DNA from: a virus
Virus record (IMG/VR): IMGVR_UViG_3300009503_000008
Span: 1 to 42,531 of that record
Direction: 5' to 3' (one strand)
DNA length: 42,531 nucleotides
Part shown: positions 16,404 through 23,795 of the stretch, piece by piece
Layout: each line of letters starts with the position of its first letter
Numbering within the stretch: position 1 is the first letter of the stretch
Translations under genes and position numbers: made by a program
Notes under the pieces: generated by a model
What the model was told of the DNA's origin: nothing
What the model saw: only the letters and a program-made list of their open reading frames with translations
Databases searched by the model: none

Positions 16404-16820
16404 CTACCACGCACTAACGACAACATCCCCTTCCTGCGTTGTGAAGCTCTTAACGAGCTCCACAACTGGGAAATAAAAGGTTTTCATAAGGAAATCCTCC
16501 TGAATGGGGAACGAATTCCCCCTCACAATGCTGTAGCGAGGAATATCCTTCTGAACCCATGTCACCCGTTGAATGGGGCAGGTGACGATCATATCCGCCC
16601 CCTCGGGCCAGGGACCTTTCCAGCGGTCCCTGGGGCACGGCTCTGCGCTCATGACGTAGACTTGGAAGTTTTCACTCATGTCTACGCCACGAGCGCGGTC
16701 AAAATAGGCCACTCGTGGGGTGGGTTGTGCCCCATCCAACGGCTGGACAAAATCGTCGAACCACTTCCCAGCACATTGGTTCGGGGTATTGAGGTATCCG
16801 CAGAACTCATAGATTTTCAT
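16404..16820 (-). CDS. Hypothetical protein (138 aa), cassette gene 4
   Basis: Complete ORF starting MKIYEFCGYLNTPNQCAGKWF..., behind AAAGGAAGG and module D. Confidence 0.6.
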   Translation of the reverse strand: MKIYEFCGYLNTPNQCAGKWFDDFVQPLDGAQPTPRVAYFDRARGVDMSENFQVYVMSAEPCPRDRWKGPWPEGADMIVTCPIQRVTWVQKDIPRYSIVRGNSFPIQEDFLMKTFYFPVVELVKSFTTQEGDVVVSAW

Positions 16821-16868
16821 TTTTATCCTTCCTTTCTGCCGCCTTTTGCCCGGCGGCAGGGCTATGTA
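16821..16868 (-). promoter_or_regulatory. Cassette intergenic module D
   Basis: mRNA sense: TACATAGCC-CTGCCGCCgggcaaaaGGCGGCAG-AAAGGAAGGataaaa-ATG. It begins 3 nt after the upstream stop. Confidence 0.6.
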
Positions 16869-16871
16869 CCT

Positions 16872-17378
16872 TTAGGCTTCTTCCCGCGCAACCCAGCGGT
16901 ACGCGGGACTATAGAAACGCTGATTCTCCTGCCTTTCCGCCGCCTCAATCTCCGCCGCGAGATGGCGGAACCGCGCGGCGAAAGAGCAGCGACGTGGTAC
17001 GTAGACAACGCGGTTAAAGCTGTCCACACAGACCCGGCGGAAGTCCATCTTCCGTGTGCCAGCGTAGTAAATATCCACCATGCTGGCGACAGTAGCCAGG
17101 TCTACGCGAACCTCCACGTCATCCATCTGACGCGCCGGGATGTCCTGGCGCGGGATAAGGACGTAGACATGGCCTGTCAAGAATGGCCGGTACAAGCTAA
17201 AGCACGTTTCACATGGAGTGAATGCGGTGAGTTTTTGTTGGGCGGAGACGTGATACAGAGGCGTCCCCGCTGGGATAACAACGGGTTCATCGTGTAAGCC
17301 GGCGTCCATATAACTATACATTCGCGCCGGCGGCTTTTGGGCTATCGCAGAGACAGGAACGCGCTCGCCACGTTTCAT
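16872..17378 (-). CDS. Hypothetical protein (168 aa), cassette gene 3
   Basis: Complete ORF starting MKRGERVPVSAIAQKPPARMYSYMDAGL..., behind AAAGGGGA and module E. Confidence 0.6.
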   Translation of the reverse strand: MKRGERVPVSAIAQKPPARMYSYMDAGLHDEPVVIPAGTPLYHVSAQQKLTAFTPCETCFSLYRPFLTGHVYVLIPRQDIPARQMDDVEVRVDLATVASMVDIYYAGTRKMDFRRVCVDSFNRVVYVPRRCSFAARFRHLAAEIEAAERQENQRFYSPAYRWVAREEA

Positions 17379-17427
17379 CGTTCTTTCCCCTTTCTGCCGC
17401 CTTCGCCCCGGCGGCCGGGCTTATGTA
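17379..17427 (-). promoter_or_regulatory. Cassette intergenic module E
   Basis: mRNA sense: TACATAAGCC-cgGCCGCCggggcgaaGGCGGCag-AAAGGGGAaagaacg-ATG. Confidence 0.6.
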
Positions 17428-17477
17428 GGGAACCAGTGGCCGGTTGGTAACCCGGACGGCCAGCCGGAGAGTTAGAT

Positions 17478-17693
17478 TTAATAAAAAGCTTTGTCGCCTA
17501 TAAGATTGACTATTACCTCGTCCGGAGTCTGCCGGACCACCTCTATGGCCTCGGGTAAACCGAAGCCCTTGGCCGGGCGGCGCACTCCGTCTTCTTCGTG
17601 TCCGAGTACCCAGCAGATCCGTCCTACCAACGGTTCGTATCCCGGGAATCCCCAAAATGCTTTTCTGGCGATTTGTTCTTTGTCCAAGTTCAT
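17478..17693 (-). CDS. Hypothetical protein (71 aa), cassette gene 2
   Basis: The track ORF is 17478..17798. I prefer the internal start at 17693 (MNLDKEQIARKAFWGF...) because AAAGGAGA and a module copy precede it. Confidence 0.5.
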   Translation of the reverse strand: MNLDKEQIARKAFWGFPGYEPLVGRICWVLGHEEDGVRRPAKGFGLPEAIEVVRQTPDEVIVNLIGDKAFY

Positions 17694-17759
17694 TCTCCTT
17701 TCATTTTTTCCCTTGAGCGTAGGGCCCCGAAGGGCCCGGCCGGCATTCTCGGCCTTGTA
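17694..17759 (-). promoter_or_regulatory. Cassette intergenic module G (divergent copy)
   Basis: mRNA sense: TACAAGGCC-...GGGCCCttcgGGGCCC...-AAAGGAGA-ATG. Confidence 0.4.
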
Positions 17760-17794
17760 CCTAGCGGGATTATTCAGAAGAATTTTTTCTGTTT

Positions 17795-18046
17795 TCATTG
17801 CAGAGCCCCCTTTTTCAATGCGGCCAGTTTATTTTGGTAAACCTGCCAAATTGCCTGTCTAACTTCTGACCGTTTGCGTTCATCGTTACCGGCCACGATA
17901 TTAACTAGTCGGCTAGCATTTCGACTTAGATTTACCGCGGTAACTCGATATCCTTTGTCCCATAAAATATCAGCAACTTTAGCTACGTCCAGAGGGTCAA
18001 GAAATAATTCATCGTCCATAAGTGTACTAGCAAGCTGGTTTTTCAT
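17795..18046 (-). CDS. Hypothetical helical protein (83 aa), cassette gene 1
   Basis: Complete ORF starting MKNQLASTLMDDELFLDPLDVAKVADILW..., behind AAAGGGGA and module F. Confidence 0.6.
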   Translation of the reverse strand: MKNQLASTLMDDELFLDPLDVAKVADILWDKGYRVTAVNLSRNASRLVNIVAGNDERKRSEVRQAIWQVYQNKLAALKKGALQ

Positions 18047-18094
18047 TTTCTTCCCCTTTCTCCGCCCCGCACCCCGGCGGCCAGGTCGTATGTA
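18047..18094 (-). promoter_or_regulatory. Cassette intergenic module F
   Basis: mRNA sense: TACATACGACC-tggCCGCCggggtgcgGGGCGGag-AAAGGGGAagaaa-ATG. The perfect hairpin GGCCGGGAcctaaTCCCGGCC lies at 18096-18116. Confidence 0.55.
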
Positions 18095-18265
18095 TGGCCG
18101 GGATTAGGTCCCGGCCACCGCTGGTTTCCTTCGTTCTCCTGTCCCCTCGTCGCGGCCGTTGGGACTGCCGCTCTTGGCCAGGTATCCGGGTACTGGCGGT
18201 CTCTATATTCTGTTTTCAAGGAGCCGCCGGTTGCCCGGCCCGGTGTCGTTTTTCGATCTGGCATA

Positions 18266-18294
18266 ATCTTAGCACCGTCACGACAGCCTGTCAA
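18266..18294 (-). promoter_or_regulatory. Near-consensus sigma70 promoter for the cassette (TTGACA-17-TAAGAT)
   Basis: The minus strand reads TTGACAggctgtcgtgacggtgcTAAGAT. The -35 is at 18294-18289 and the -10 at 18271-18266. It lies about 220 nt upstream of gene 1. Confidence 0.55.
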
Positions 18295-18555
18295 GACCTT
18301 GTCAGATTTTATTTTTCCCTACAGCCACGTGGGTTTGCTGGTTTCAGTATCGGCGAACGGTCAGGATCGACAGGCGAATGGTCGAATAGAACGGTTGAAC
18401 GGTTTAGCCCTACAGCCGTAAGCCCTTCAGCTATTTGAACATTTTTTTATTTTTTTTATTTTTTCTCTTTTTTACCATTTCCTGATATATAGATACAAAA
18501 GGTTGGTTATGTATCGTGGGAAAAGCTTAAATATGTGGAAAATTTTGTGTTAAAC

Positions 18556-18679
18556 GAAAAGAAGAAATAGGAGGGCGGGAAGAAAGAAAAGGGGAGAAGG
18601 GAAAGGATAGAAGAATAGAAGAAGAGGGAAAAGGGAAGAGGGAAAGGAGAAGGAGAGGGAAAAGGGGAAGGGAAAGGAA
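18556..18679 (+). repeat. Polypurine (A/G) low-complexity tract
   Basis: About 124 nt contain only about 4 pyrimidines. Positions 18617-18679 form an uninterrupted 63-nt A/G run (GGAAAGG-like units), followed by a pyrimidine run at 18681-18713. Confidence 0.85.
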
Positions 18680-18692
18680 TGCCTTTTCTTTT

Positions 18693-18760
18693 CTTTATTT
18701 TCTTTTCTTTTCCATAGATAGGGTAGGAGATAAGGGAATGGAAAAGAAAAGAAAATAAAG
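18693..18760. repeat. Perfect 21-bp inverted repeat with a 26-nt spacer
   Basis: ctttattttcttttcttttcc (18693-18713) pairs with ggaaaagaaaagaaaataaag (18740-18760). Confidence 0.85.
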
Positions 18761-18842
18761 TAAAAGGGTAATGTATATAAGAAAATCCCTGCACGCTTGC
18801 AAGGAAATTAATATTTTTCGGCAATACTGTTTAGTCGTAGTT

Positions 18843-19703
18843 TTATATCTTTGGCAGATAACCCGCAATCCTATCTTCCGGGTGAACATGCGTATATTTC
18901 TGCGTAGTGAGCAGACTGGCATGTCCCAGCGTCTCCTGCACCACCCGTATATTGGCCCCGGCTTCCAGGGCGTCGGTCGCTCCGGTATGCCGCAGCCAGT
19001 GGGGAGATACGTTTTTCCCCAGGCCAGCCAGCTCCCCGGCCCGGCGGACTATCCTGTATCCCCACTGCCGCTTGAACGGCCAAACTAGGTCGTCCGGTTC
19101 GATGTTGGCGGGTCCGTACAGACGCACCATTTGCTGTACCAGGTGCAGAGGTATCTTCACCGTCCGGGTCTTATCTCCCTTCCCTCGAACGGTCATGAAG
19201 AACCATTCCCCCGTTTCGTCCGGCCTGATCTCCCGCCAGCGTACTGACACGCTCTCCTCCACGCGCAAGGTGGAGTAGTATAGAAACCTGATATACACCG
19301 CATCCCGGTGGTTATGACTCTCTGCGGCGGCTATCAGGTCTTCCAGCTCCCGCCGAGTCAGTACCCGCTCGGCGGTTTTGTCCTTGGGTGTCCGTATCTT
19401 CTGACCGGTCCAGGGATTGCTCTGCACTATTCCTTCCTTAATTAACTTATTCCACAGGCTGGACATGGCGGCCACCGTCAGCGCGACCGTGGCGTCCGAG
19501 TACCCGTCGGCGTAAAGCTTCTTGATAACCAGCATGGCCTCGTCGGCGGTCAGTGACGGTATCCGCCAAGTGGCAACGTTGATCCGGCGCAGGGCGGCGA
19601 GGTAGGTTTGGTTGGTGCTCCCGCTCGTGGGCGCGATCAGCCAGCGGTTGATCACCCGCTCGATGTCGTCAGGGTGTCTGCCGGACGGTACGATGTCAGA
19701 CAT
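18843..19703 (-). CDS. Tyrosine recombinase, XerC/XerD-sized (286 aa)
   Basis: An N-terminal SAM-like core-binding region is followed by the catalytic motifs R...HWLRHTGAT...LGHASLLTTQKYTHV. Confidence 0.9.
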   Translation of the reverse strand: MSDIVPSGRHPDDIERVINRWLIAPTSGSTNQTYLAALRRINVATWRIPSLTADEAMLVIKKLYADGYSDATVALTVAAMSSLWNKLIKEGIVQSNPWTGQKIRTPKDKTAERVLTRRELEDLIAAAESHNHRDAVYIRFLYYSTLRVEESVSVRWREIRPDETGEWFFMTVRGKGDKTRTVKIPLHLVQQMVRLYGPANIEPDDLVWPFKRQWGYRIVRRAGELAGLGKNVSPHWLRHTGATDALEAGANIRVVQETLGHASLLTTQKYTHVHPEDRIAGYLPKI

Positions 19704-20724
19704 CGCCCGTCACCGCGCTATCTCCGGCACCGTCTCCATTCGCATACACCCCGGACAACTCCATTTGCTGGAATATGAGCTCCTTTTGCGCCCGGTATGC
19801 TTCCGCCGGGGCGAATAATGCCGGGATCTCGGATAATCTAATCCTGATCGGCACCATGTTTTCCCGGCTAACTCTCATCTCGAACACCCGGTCTCCGTAC
19901 ATCTCTTCTGCCACGGTCAGAACCGCGCCTGCCAGGAACAGCAGGGAGTGCAGGGGCAGGTGCTCTATGCGGGACGTCTTCGTGTCCGCGAACTGCTGCC
20001 TGAGCACCGTATGCAGCACGAGTCCCAGCATCCGGTATGTCTGCTCTATTCGATCAGCGAATTCACGCACCTTTGCTATTTGTTGGTCGGTGATGGCAAG
20101 TAGGTCGTGATACTCCTTCGCCTTTTTCTCCAGCACCAATACCTGGGACTTTGCTGCTGCTATTTCGTCGGCGGCCTTCGTCCGCTTGTCGGCCAGCTTC
20201 GTGGCTAGATCCGCACGCTGGGCCGTTAGGCTGTCCACCTCCTGCCTGAGTTGTTTCGCCAGTCCGATTAATCCGCCCGTTTCCCGCAAGGCGTCAGATA
20301 GGCTTTCTGCGTCCATCCCGGCGGCCCGGATCATCTTGTGCAGGTCCAGAATGTCCTGCACGCCCAGGCCGGCCTCCAACAGGGACTTCGCGGCAACGAC
20401 CGGGAGATAGGGAATTCCCCTCTCGTCGGCGGCTGCCTGCTCCCAGGACCGCAGGGTCTGTTCCCGCCTGGTGAGATCATTCAGCTTGCGGTCCGCGAGC
20501 TCGGCCAGTTTCACGGCTTCGGCCATCGTCTGTTCTGCTTCCGCAGTTTTCTGTCGGTACTCCTGGATCTGGTCCTTGAATTCAAGGAAAAAATCCGTCA
20601 GCGCCTGAATGGCCTGGCCGTAGTCGGCTATGCCGTTCCGCTCCCGGAAAAGCGTGAGTGCCAGCCACGTCTCCTCCGGGCAGTTGATCGTGTGTTGGAC
20701 CTTGCCTTCCGCCACCGTCTTCAT
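19696..20724 (-). CDS. Coiled-coil protein of unknown function (342 aa), translationally coupled to the tyrosine recombinase
   Basis: ORF 19696..20802. The start at 20724 (MKTVAEGKVQH...) follows AGGAGGTGG. It has long heptad-like stretches (QEYRQKTAEAEQTMAEAVKLAELADRKLNDL...). Its stop overlaps the recombinase start by 8 nt. Confidence 0.6.
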   Translation of the reverse strand: MKTVAEGKVQHTINCPEETWLALTLFRERNGIADYGQAIQALTDFFLEFKDQIQEYRQKTAEAEQTMAEAVKLAELADRKLNDLTRREQTLRSWEQAAADERGIPYLPVVAAKSLLEAGLGVQDILDLHKMIRAAGMDAESLSDALRETGGLIGLAKQLRQEVDSLTAQRADLATKLADKRTKAADEIAAAKSQVLVLEKKAKEYHDLLAITDQQIAKVREFADRIEQTYRMLGLVLHTVLRQQFADTKTSRIEHLPLHSLLFLAGAVLTVAEEMYGDRVFEMRVSRENMVPIRIRLSEIPALFAPAEAYRAQKELIFQQMELSGVYANGDGAGDSAVTGDV

Positions 20725-20939
20725 GGCTCCACCTCCTGCCGCCATTGTACTATCCCCCTGCCGGAACTCAACCCGATTATTTTCCGCCACGAAACCCGGC
20801 AATCCGGTTATTTTTCAGCCTTACAGCGGCGCGGCTTCCGGGACCGCGTTTTCGGACATTTTGCAAGGGTCCCCAGGCCCGAGTTCCGTCAATCGGATTG
20901 TAAGGTTACTGTGAAAAACAGATTTACAGAGGTGATACA

Positions 20940-22166
20940 GTGGACGAGCTCAGAGAAGTCGCATATTGGGTCTGTGGGACGTGCGGCGAGAAGTTCCCAA
21001 ATGAGGGAAACCCCAACGTCGCTTGGGGCCGTGCCAGTCAGCACCATCGAATCGAAGGACACGAGATCGAGGGCAGTTTCGACGAGGACGGAAACATCAT
21101 CAACTCTGGTCTCGGTCGGCGCGGCATAGCCGGATTCGAGCGGCGTTCCAGCAAACCGGGTGCCAAGACAGCGAAGAAATCTGACGAAGGCTTGCTGGTA
21201 GCCAGAGGACGCGGTTTCGTGCTGGAATTGGACGGTCCGGGCCTGATAGCCTTCCATGCACGCCACAAGTCGGACGGCGTGGACGATTTCCCGCCAAAAG
21301 CGAACTACGGACATATCGCCGACATGATCATGCATGACTTGGCCTGGTGTGACGCTGCCTGGAGCATGCCATGGCCCAAGTTTCGCGCATGGATCGACGC
21401 TGACCCAGGACCGGACAAAGACAATCCGACATATCCGAGATGGCCTCAGTTAGCGCATGTCGCGCTAATACCGCAAATTGAACCGAACAACACCAAAGGA
21501 GGAAATAGCACTGATGAAACCGATGATTCCGAGCGTGGGCGGACAGGTGGAACCAAATTTACTGAACGACATGGACGTAAAATCCGCTACAAAGGAGCTG
21601 TTCAACGCGGCGAAGGACAGAATGCAGGCGGAAACGACGGCGACCGTTCTGGAGAAGGTTCTGGCCGGTGGTTCTGGGAAGACGAAAGACTCTTTGGACT
21701 TGAGCGGTATCGGCAGTCTTCTCGGGGGCGTAAGCGAGGCGATGCAGGGGACAAACAACTTTCTTCTGACACTGATGAACACCCTATTGTCAAAGAAGGA
21801 GAATGGGAACACGGACAACACACTGACGTTGCTGGTACTTATGATGTTGATGCAACAGCAGCAACAGCCGCAACAAGGGACGCAGTTTTTGGCACAGCTG
21901 ATGGCTCAGCAGCAGCAGACGTTCGCGCAGATTCTGGAGCAGGTGAATCTCAGGTTTACGGACATGGTGAACCTGATGAACAAGCACCACGAGGAGAAGG
22001 TGAAGGACTTGGAAAAGCGCATGGGGCCGGACCCGGTGACGGACCAGATATACAGTCAGGTGTTGCCGACGATAGTGAATCAAGCGATAGGACAGGCGAA
22101 AAAAGACCCGATAGACCAGTTAGCCGAGCTAAAAGAAAAACTCGACAGGATAGGGGGAACGTTTAA
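20940..22166 (+). CDS. Hypothetical protein with an N-terminal CxxC motif, first late-block gene; the C-terminal ~217 codons overlap the next gene out of frame
   Basis: GTG start after AGAGGTG. The first ~185 aa are protein-like (MDELREVAYWVCGTCGEKF...). The remainder is G/D/R/E-rich with low third-position GC, so the true C-terminus is uncertain. Confidence 0.45.
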   Translation: MDELREVAYWVCGTCGEKFPNEGNPNVAWGRASQHHRIEGHEIEGSFDEDGNIINSGLGRRGIAGFERRSSKPGAKTAKKSDEGLLVARGRGFVLELDGPGLIAFHARHKSDGVDDFPPKANYGHIADMIMHDLAWCDAAWSMPWPKFRAWIDADPGPDKDNPTYPRWPQLAHVALIPQIEPNNTKGGNSTDETDDSERGRTGGTKFTERHGRKIRYKGAVQRGEGQNAGGNDGDRSGEGSGRWFWEDERLFGLERYRQSSRGRKRGDAGDKQLSSDTDEHPIVKEGEWEHGQHTDVAGTYDVDATAATAATRDAVFGTADGSAAADVRADSGAGESQVYGHGEPDEQAPRGEGEGLGKAHGAGPGDGPDIQSGVADDSESSDRTGEKRPDRPVSRAKRKTRQDRGNV

Positions 22167-22476
22167 CCTGTTTGGTGGTAACTCGCTTGAGGAAAAGATC
22201 AAGCTCCGCACTCTTGATCTTGAAGAAGCGAAGCTTCGTTCGGAGGAGCGCAAACACGCCAGGGAATGGCAGGCGAAGCATGAAGCGCCAAAGCGGTGGG
22301 GGGAGGCACTCGGCAGCATATTCAGCGGGTTTACCGGCAACCAGAGCATGACGCCGGATTTCCTCTTCGGTGGCGGCCAGGGCGGGCAGCAGCAGGCCGG
22401 GCAAGCGCAGGGATCACCAGTGGAAGGCATGTCGCCATGGGGACCCGGTGAACCGGCAGGGGAGGGGCTGGCATAA
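21514..22476 (+). CDS. Gln-rich coiled-coil protein (320 aa)
   Basis: ATG at 21514 after AAAGGAGG. Translation is MKPMIPSVGGQVEPNLL...MMLMQQQQQPQQGTQFLAQLMAQQQQTFAQILEQ... By eye its third-position GC is higher than that of the overlapping frame. Confidence 0.65.
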   Translation: MKPMIPSVGGQVEPNLLNDMDVKSATKELFNAAKDRMQAETTATVLEKVLAGGSGKTKDSLDLSGIGSLLGGVSEAMQGTNNFLLTLMNTLLSKKENGNTDNTLTLLVLMMLMQQQQQPQQGTQFLAQLMAQQQQTFAQILEQVNLRFTDMVNLMNKHHEEKVKDLEKRMGPDPVTDQIYSQVLPTIVNQAIGQAKKDPIDQLAELKEKLDRIGGTFNLFGGNSLEEKIKLRTLDLEEAKLRSEERKHAREWQAKHEAPKRWGEALGSIFSGFTGNQSMTPDFLFGGGQGGQQQAGQAQGSPVEGMSPWGPGEPAGEGLA

Positions 22477-23207
22477 TGCCTGGCATGACGCCCAGTATGA
22501 TGCCTATAGCACAAGGACCAGTGCAAGGACCTGGCCTAAAACGCTGGGACAAGATAGCCGCAACGCTGGCCGCGCAGAACATAGCGGACTGGTTCAACGC
22601 GTTGTCCGCCGACGAGCTGGCCGACTACCTGGTCCGCAACGTTGATGTGGCGGCCATGCTGCCGATGGTATTAACACTGCCCACCATGGTCTTCAAGGTG
22701 GCACGCTATCCTCTCCTTATTTACCTGAAAAACGTTCTACGTGGTGGTCCGCACAAAGCGGTCTTGTACGAGGAGATCCGCCGCATGCTGGCCGACCCGA
22801 GAATGTTCGGACAGCGGTACTGGGATCACTGTCTGCTCCTGGCCTGGGGGCTGTACACCGACCCGGAGATGCGAAACCGTCAGTTGATGCGGTTCCCGTG
22901 CCTGGTCAACCTGAGTTCCGCGCAGCCCTGGTATCATGCGAACATGGACCGCGTGGTCAAGCGGTTGATCACCCAGTTGGAGGGAGGCGTGGAACAGCAT
23001 GACACCGGGAGAGCGGACCGGCCTGATAGTACTGGGAGCGGGTATAGGGCTGGTGGGCTTGGGGTTCCTCGGTTATTACCTTTACAAGCACGAGGGAGGG
23101 ACGACGCCTTATCCGTTGCCGTTTCCGACGAATTTTCAGGAAGCGCAGCAGACCTTGATCAACTTGGATGTGATGTGGTGGACTTCAGCGGCGCAGAGCC
23201 CGACTAA
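22476..23207 (+). CDS. Hypothetical protein; the last ~70 codons overlap the next gene out of frame
   Basis: Its ATG overlaps the previous stop (TAATG). It is protein-like to about ITQLEGGVEQHD and R/G/D-rich after that. Confidence 0.5.
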   Translation: MPGMTPSMMPIAQGPVQGPGLKRWDKIAATLAAQNIADWFNALSADELADYLVRNVDVAAMLPMVLTLPTMVFKVARYPLLIYLKNVLRGGPHKAVLYEEIRRMLADPRMFGQRYWDHCLLLAWGLYTDPEMRNRQLMRFPCLVNLSSAQPWYHANMDRVVKRLITQLEGGVEQHDTGRADRPDSTGSGYRAGGLGVPRLLPLQARGRDDALSVAVSDEFSGSAADLDQLGCDVVDFSGAEPD

Positions 23208-23376
23208 CACGGCTTATCGCCAGCAGCTCAACAACGAGGCGAACGAGATCCGGGCCAAGTTCCCCGGAGCAGGACCATCCAGCGGGTACACCTGCACCCA
23301 GTTGGTGGCGATGGGCAAGCTGAGCCAGAGCGTGTGCGACCAGGCCCAGGCGAACGGCATTAACCCTGCGCTGTAG
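22999..23376 (+). CDS. Membrane-anchored hypothetical protein (125 aa)
   Basis: MTPGERTGLIVLGAGIGLVGLGFLGYYLY has an N-terminal TM helix. Confidence 0.6.
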   Translation: MTPGERTGLIVLGAGIGLVGLGFLGYYLYKHEGGTTPYPLPFPTNFQEAQQTLINLDVMWWTSAAQSPTNTAYRQQLNNEANEIRAKFPGAGPSSGYTCTQLVAMGKLSQSVCDQAQANGINPAL

Positions 23377-23387
23377 GGGGGAACACG

Positions 23388-23765
23388 ATGGCGACAAAGG
23401 CACAAGCCAAAGCACAAGGTGCACGAGCGCAGACGGTATCGGTGCCCATAGCCCCGCCGGCCTACGCCGTCCGGCAGCAGACCGGTTTGTCCTTGCCGAC
23501 GAACCCGAAAGCACTTATGGAAGGTCTCGGCGGGGCGGCACTGGGTGCTGGTACCACGGCGCTGCTCATCACCATCCTGCCTCCTGATCGAAAATGGATC
23601 GGCGCGATTGTTGCCGGCTTGTTCGGCGGGATCGGCGTCCTGACCAGTCCGATAGGCACTTGGATGCAGGAGGCGTCCGGCGCGGCGTTCGCGTCGAGCG
23701 CGTTCTACTTTTTCCTGGACCTTACCGGTCAGGCACCGGGCCAAACGCCGACCGTCGGCGGGTAG
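23388..23765 (+). CDS. Integral membrane protein (125 aa)
   Basis: Several hydrophobic helices: GGAALGAGTTALLITILP, WIGAIVAGLFGGIGVL and AAFASSAFYFFL. Confidence 0.6.
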   Translation: MATKAQAKAQGARAQTVSVPIAPPAYAVRQQTGLSLPTNPKALMEGLGGAALGAGTTALLITILPPDRKWIGAIVAGLFGGIGVLTSPIGTWMQEASGAAFASSAFYFFLDLTGQAPGQTPTVGG

Positions 23766-23767
23766 GA

Positions 23768-23795
23768 TTGAGTTCCGGTTGCCGGATGCTACCAT
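23768..23795 (+). promoter_or_regulatory. Late-block promoter copy 1 (TTGAGT-16-TACCAT) with a conserved leader
   Basis: ttgagttccggttgccggatgctaccat...aaccgaaaaggaggt is near-identical in architecture to 40777-40830. Confidence 0.5.

Noticed and set aside
14612-18116. Possible CRISPR array, because of the regularly recurring GC-rich palindromic repeats
   Set aside because: The repeats are separated by whole protein-coding genes of 200-800 bp rather than 25-50-bp spacers. They are also imperfect copies, each tied to an RBS.
18766-18786. dif-like sequence gggTAATGTATATAAGaaaat (central TGTATA as in XerCD dif)
   Set aside because: Only the central hexamer and a few flanking bases match. The two arms are not inverted copies of each other. 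This is too weak to call without binding data.
18507-18824. 105-aa ORF across the polypurine/polypyrimidine tract
   Set aside because: Its translation is pure low complexity (FPSPFPSPSPFPLPFSLFF...), generated by the repeat DNA, so it is not a credible gene.
14402-19703. Integron-like reading: a tyrosine recombinase plus an array of promoterless cassettes separated by hairpin elements
   Set aside because: I could not find the RYYYAAC / GTTRRRY core sites that bound attC elements. The recombinase is XerD-sized, shorter than IntI-type enzymes, and is co-oriented and separated from the array by 800 bp. The hairpins are simple perfect stems placed next to RBSs, so an RNA-level role seems more likely.
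21667-21684. GGSGKT in the Gln-rich protein as a possible Walker A / packaging ATPase
   Set aside because: It does not fit [AG]xxxxGK[ST], because the residue at -5 is Leu. There is no Walker B and no ATPase-like context, and the protein is coiled-coil and Q-rich.
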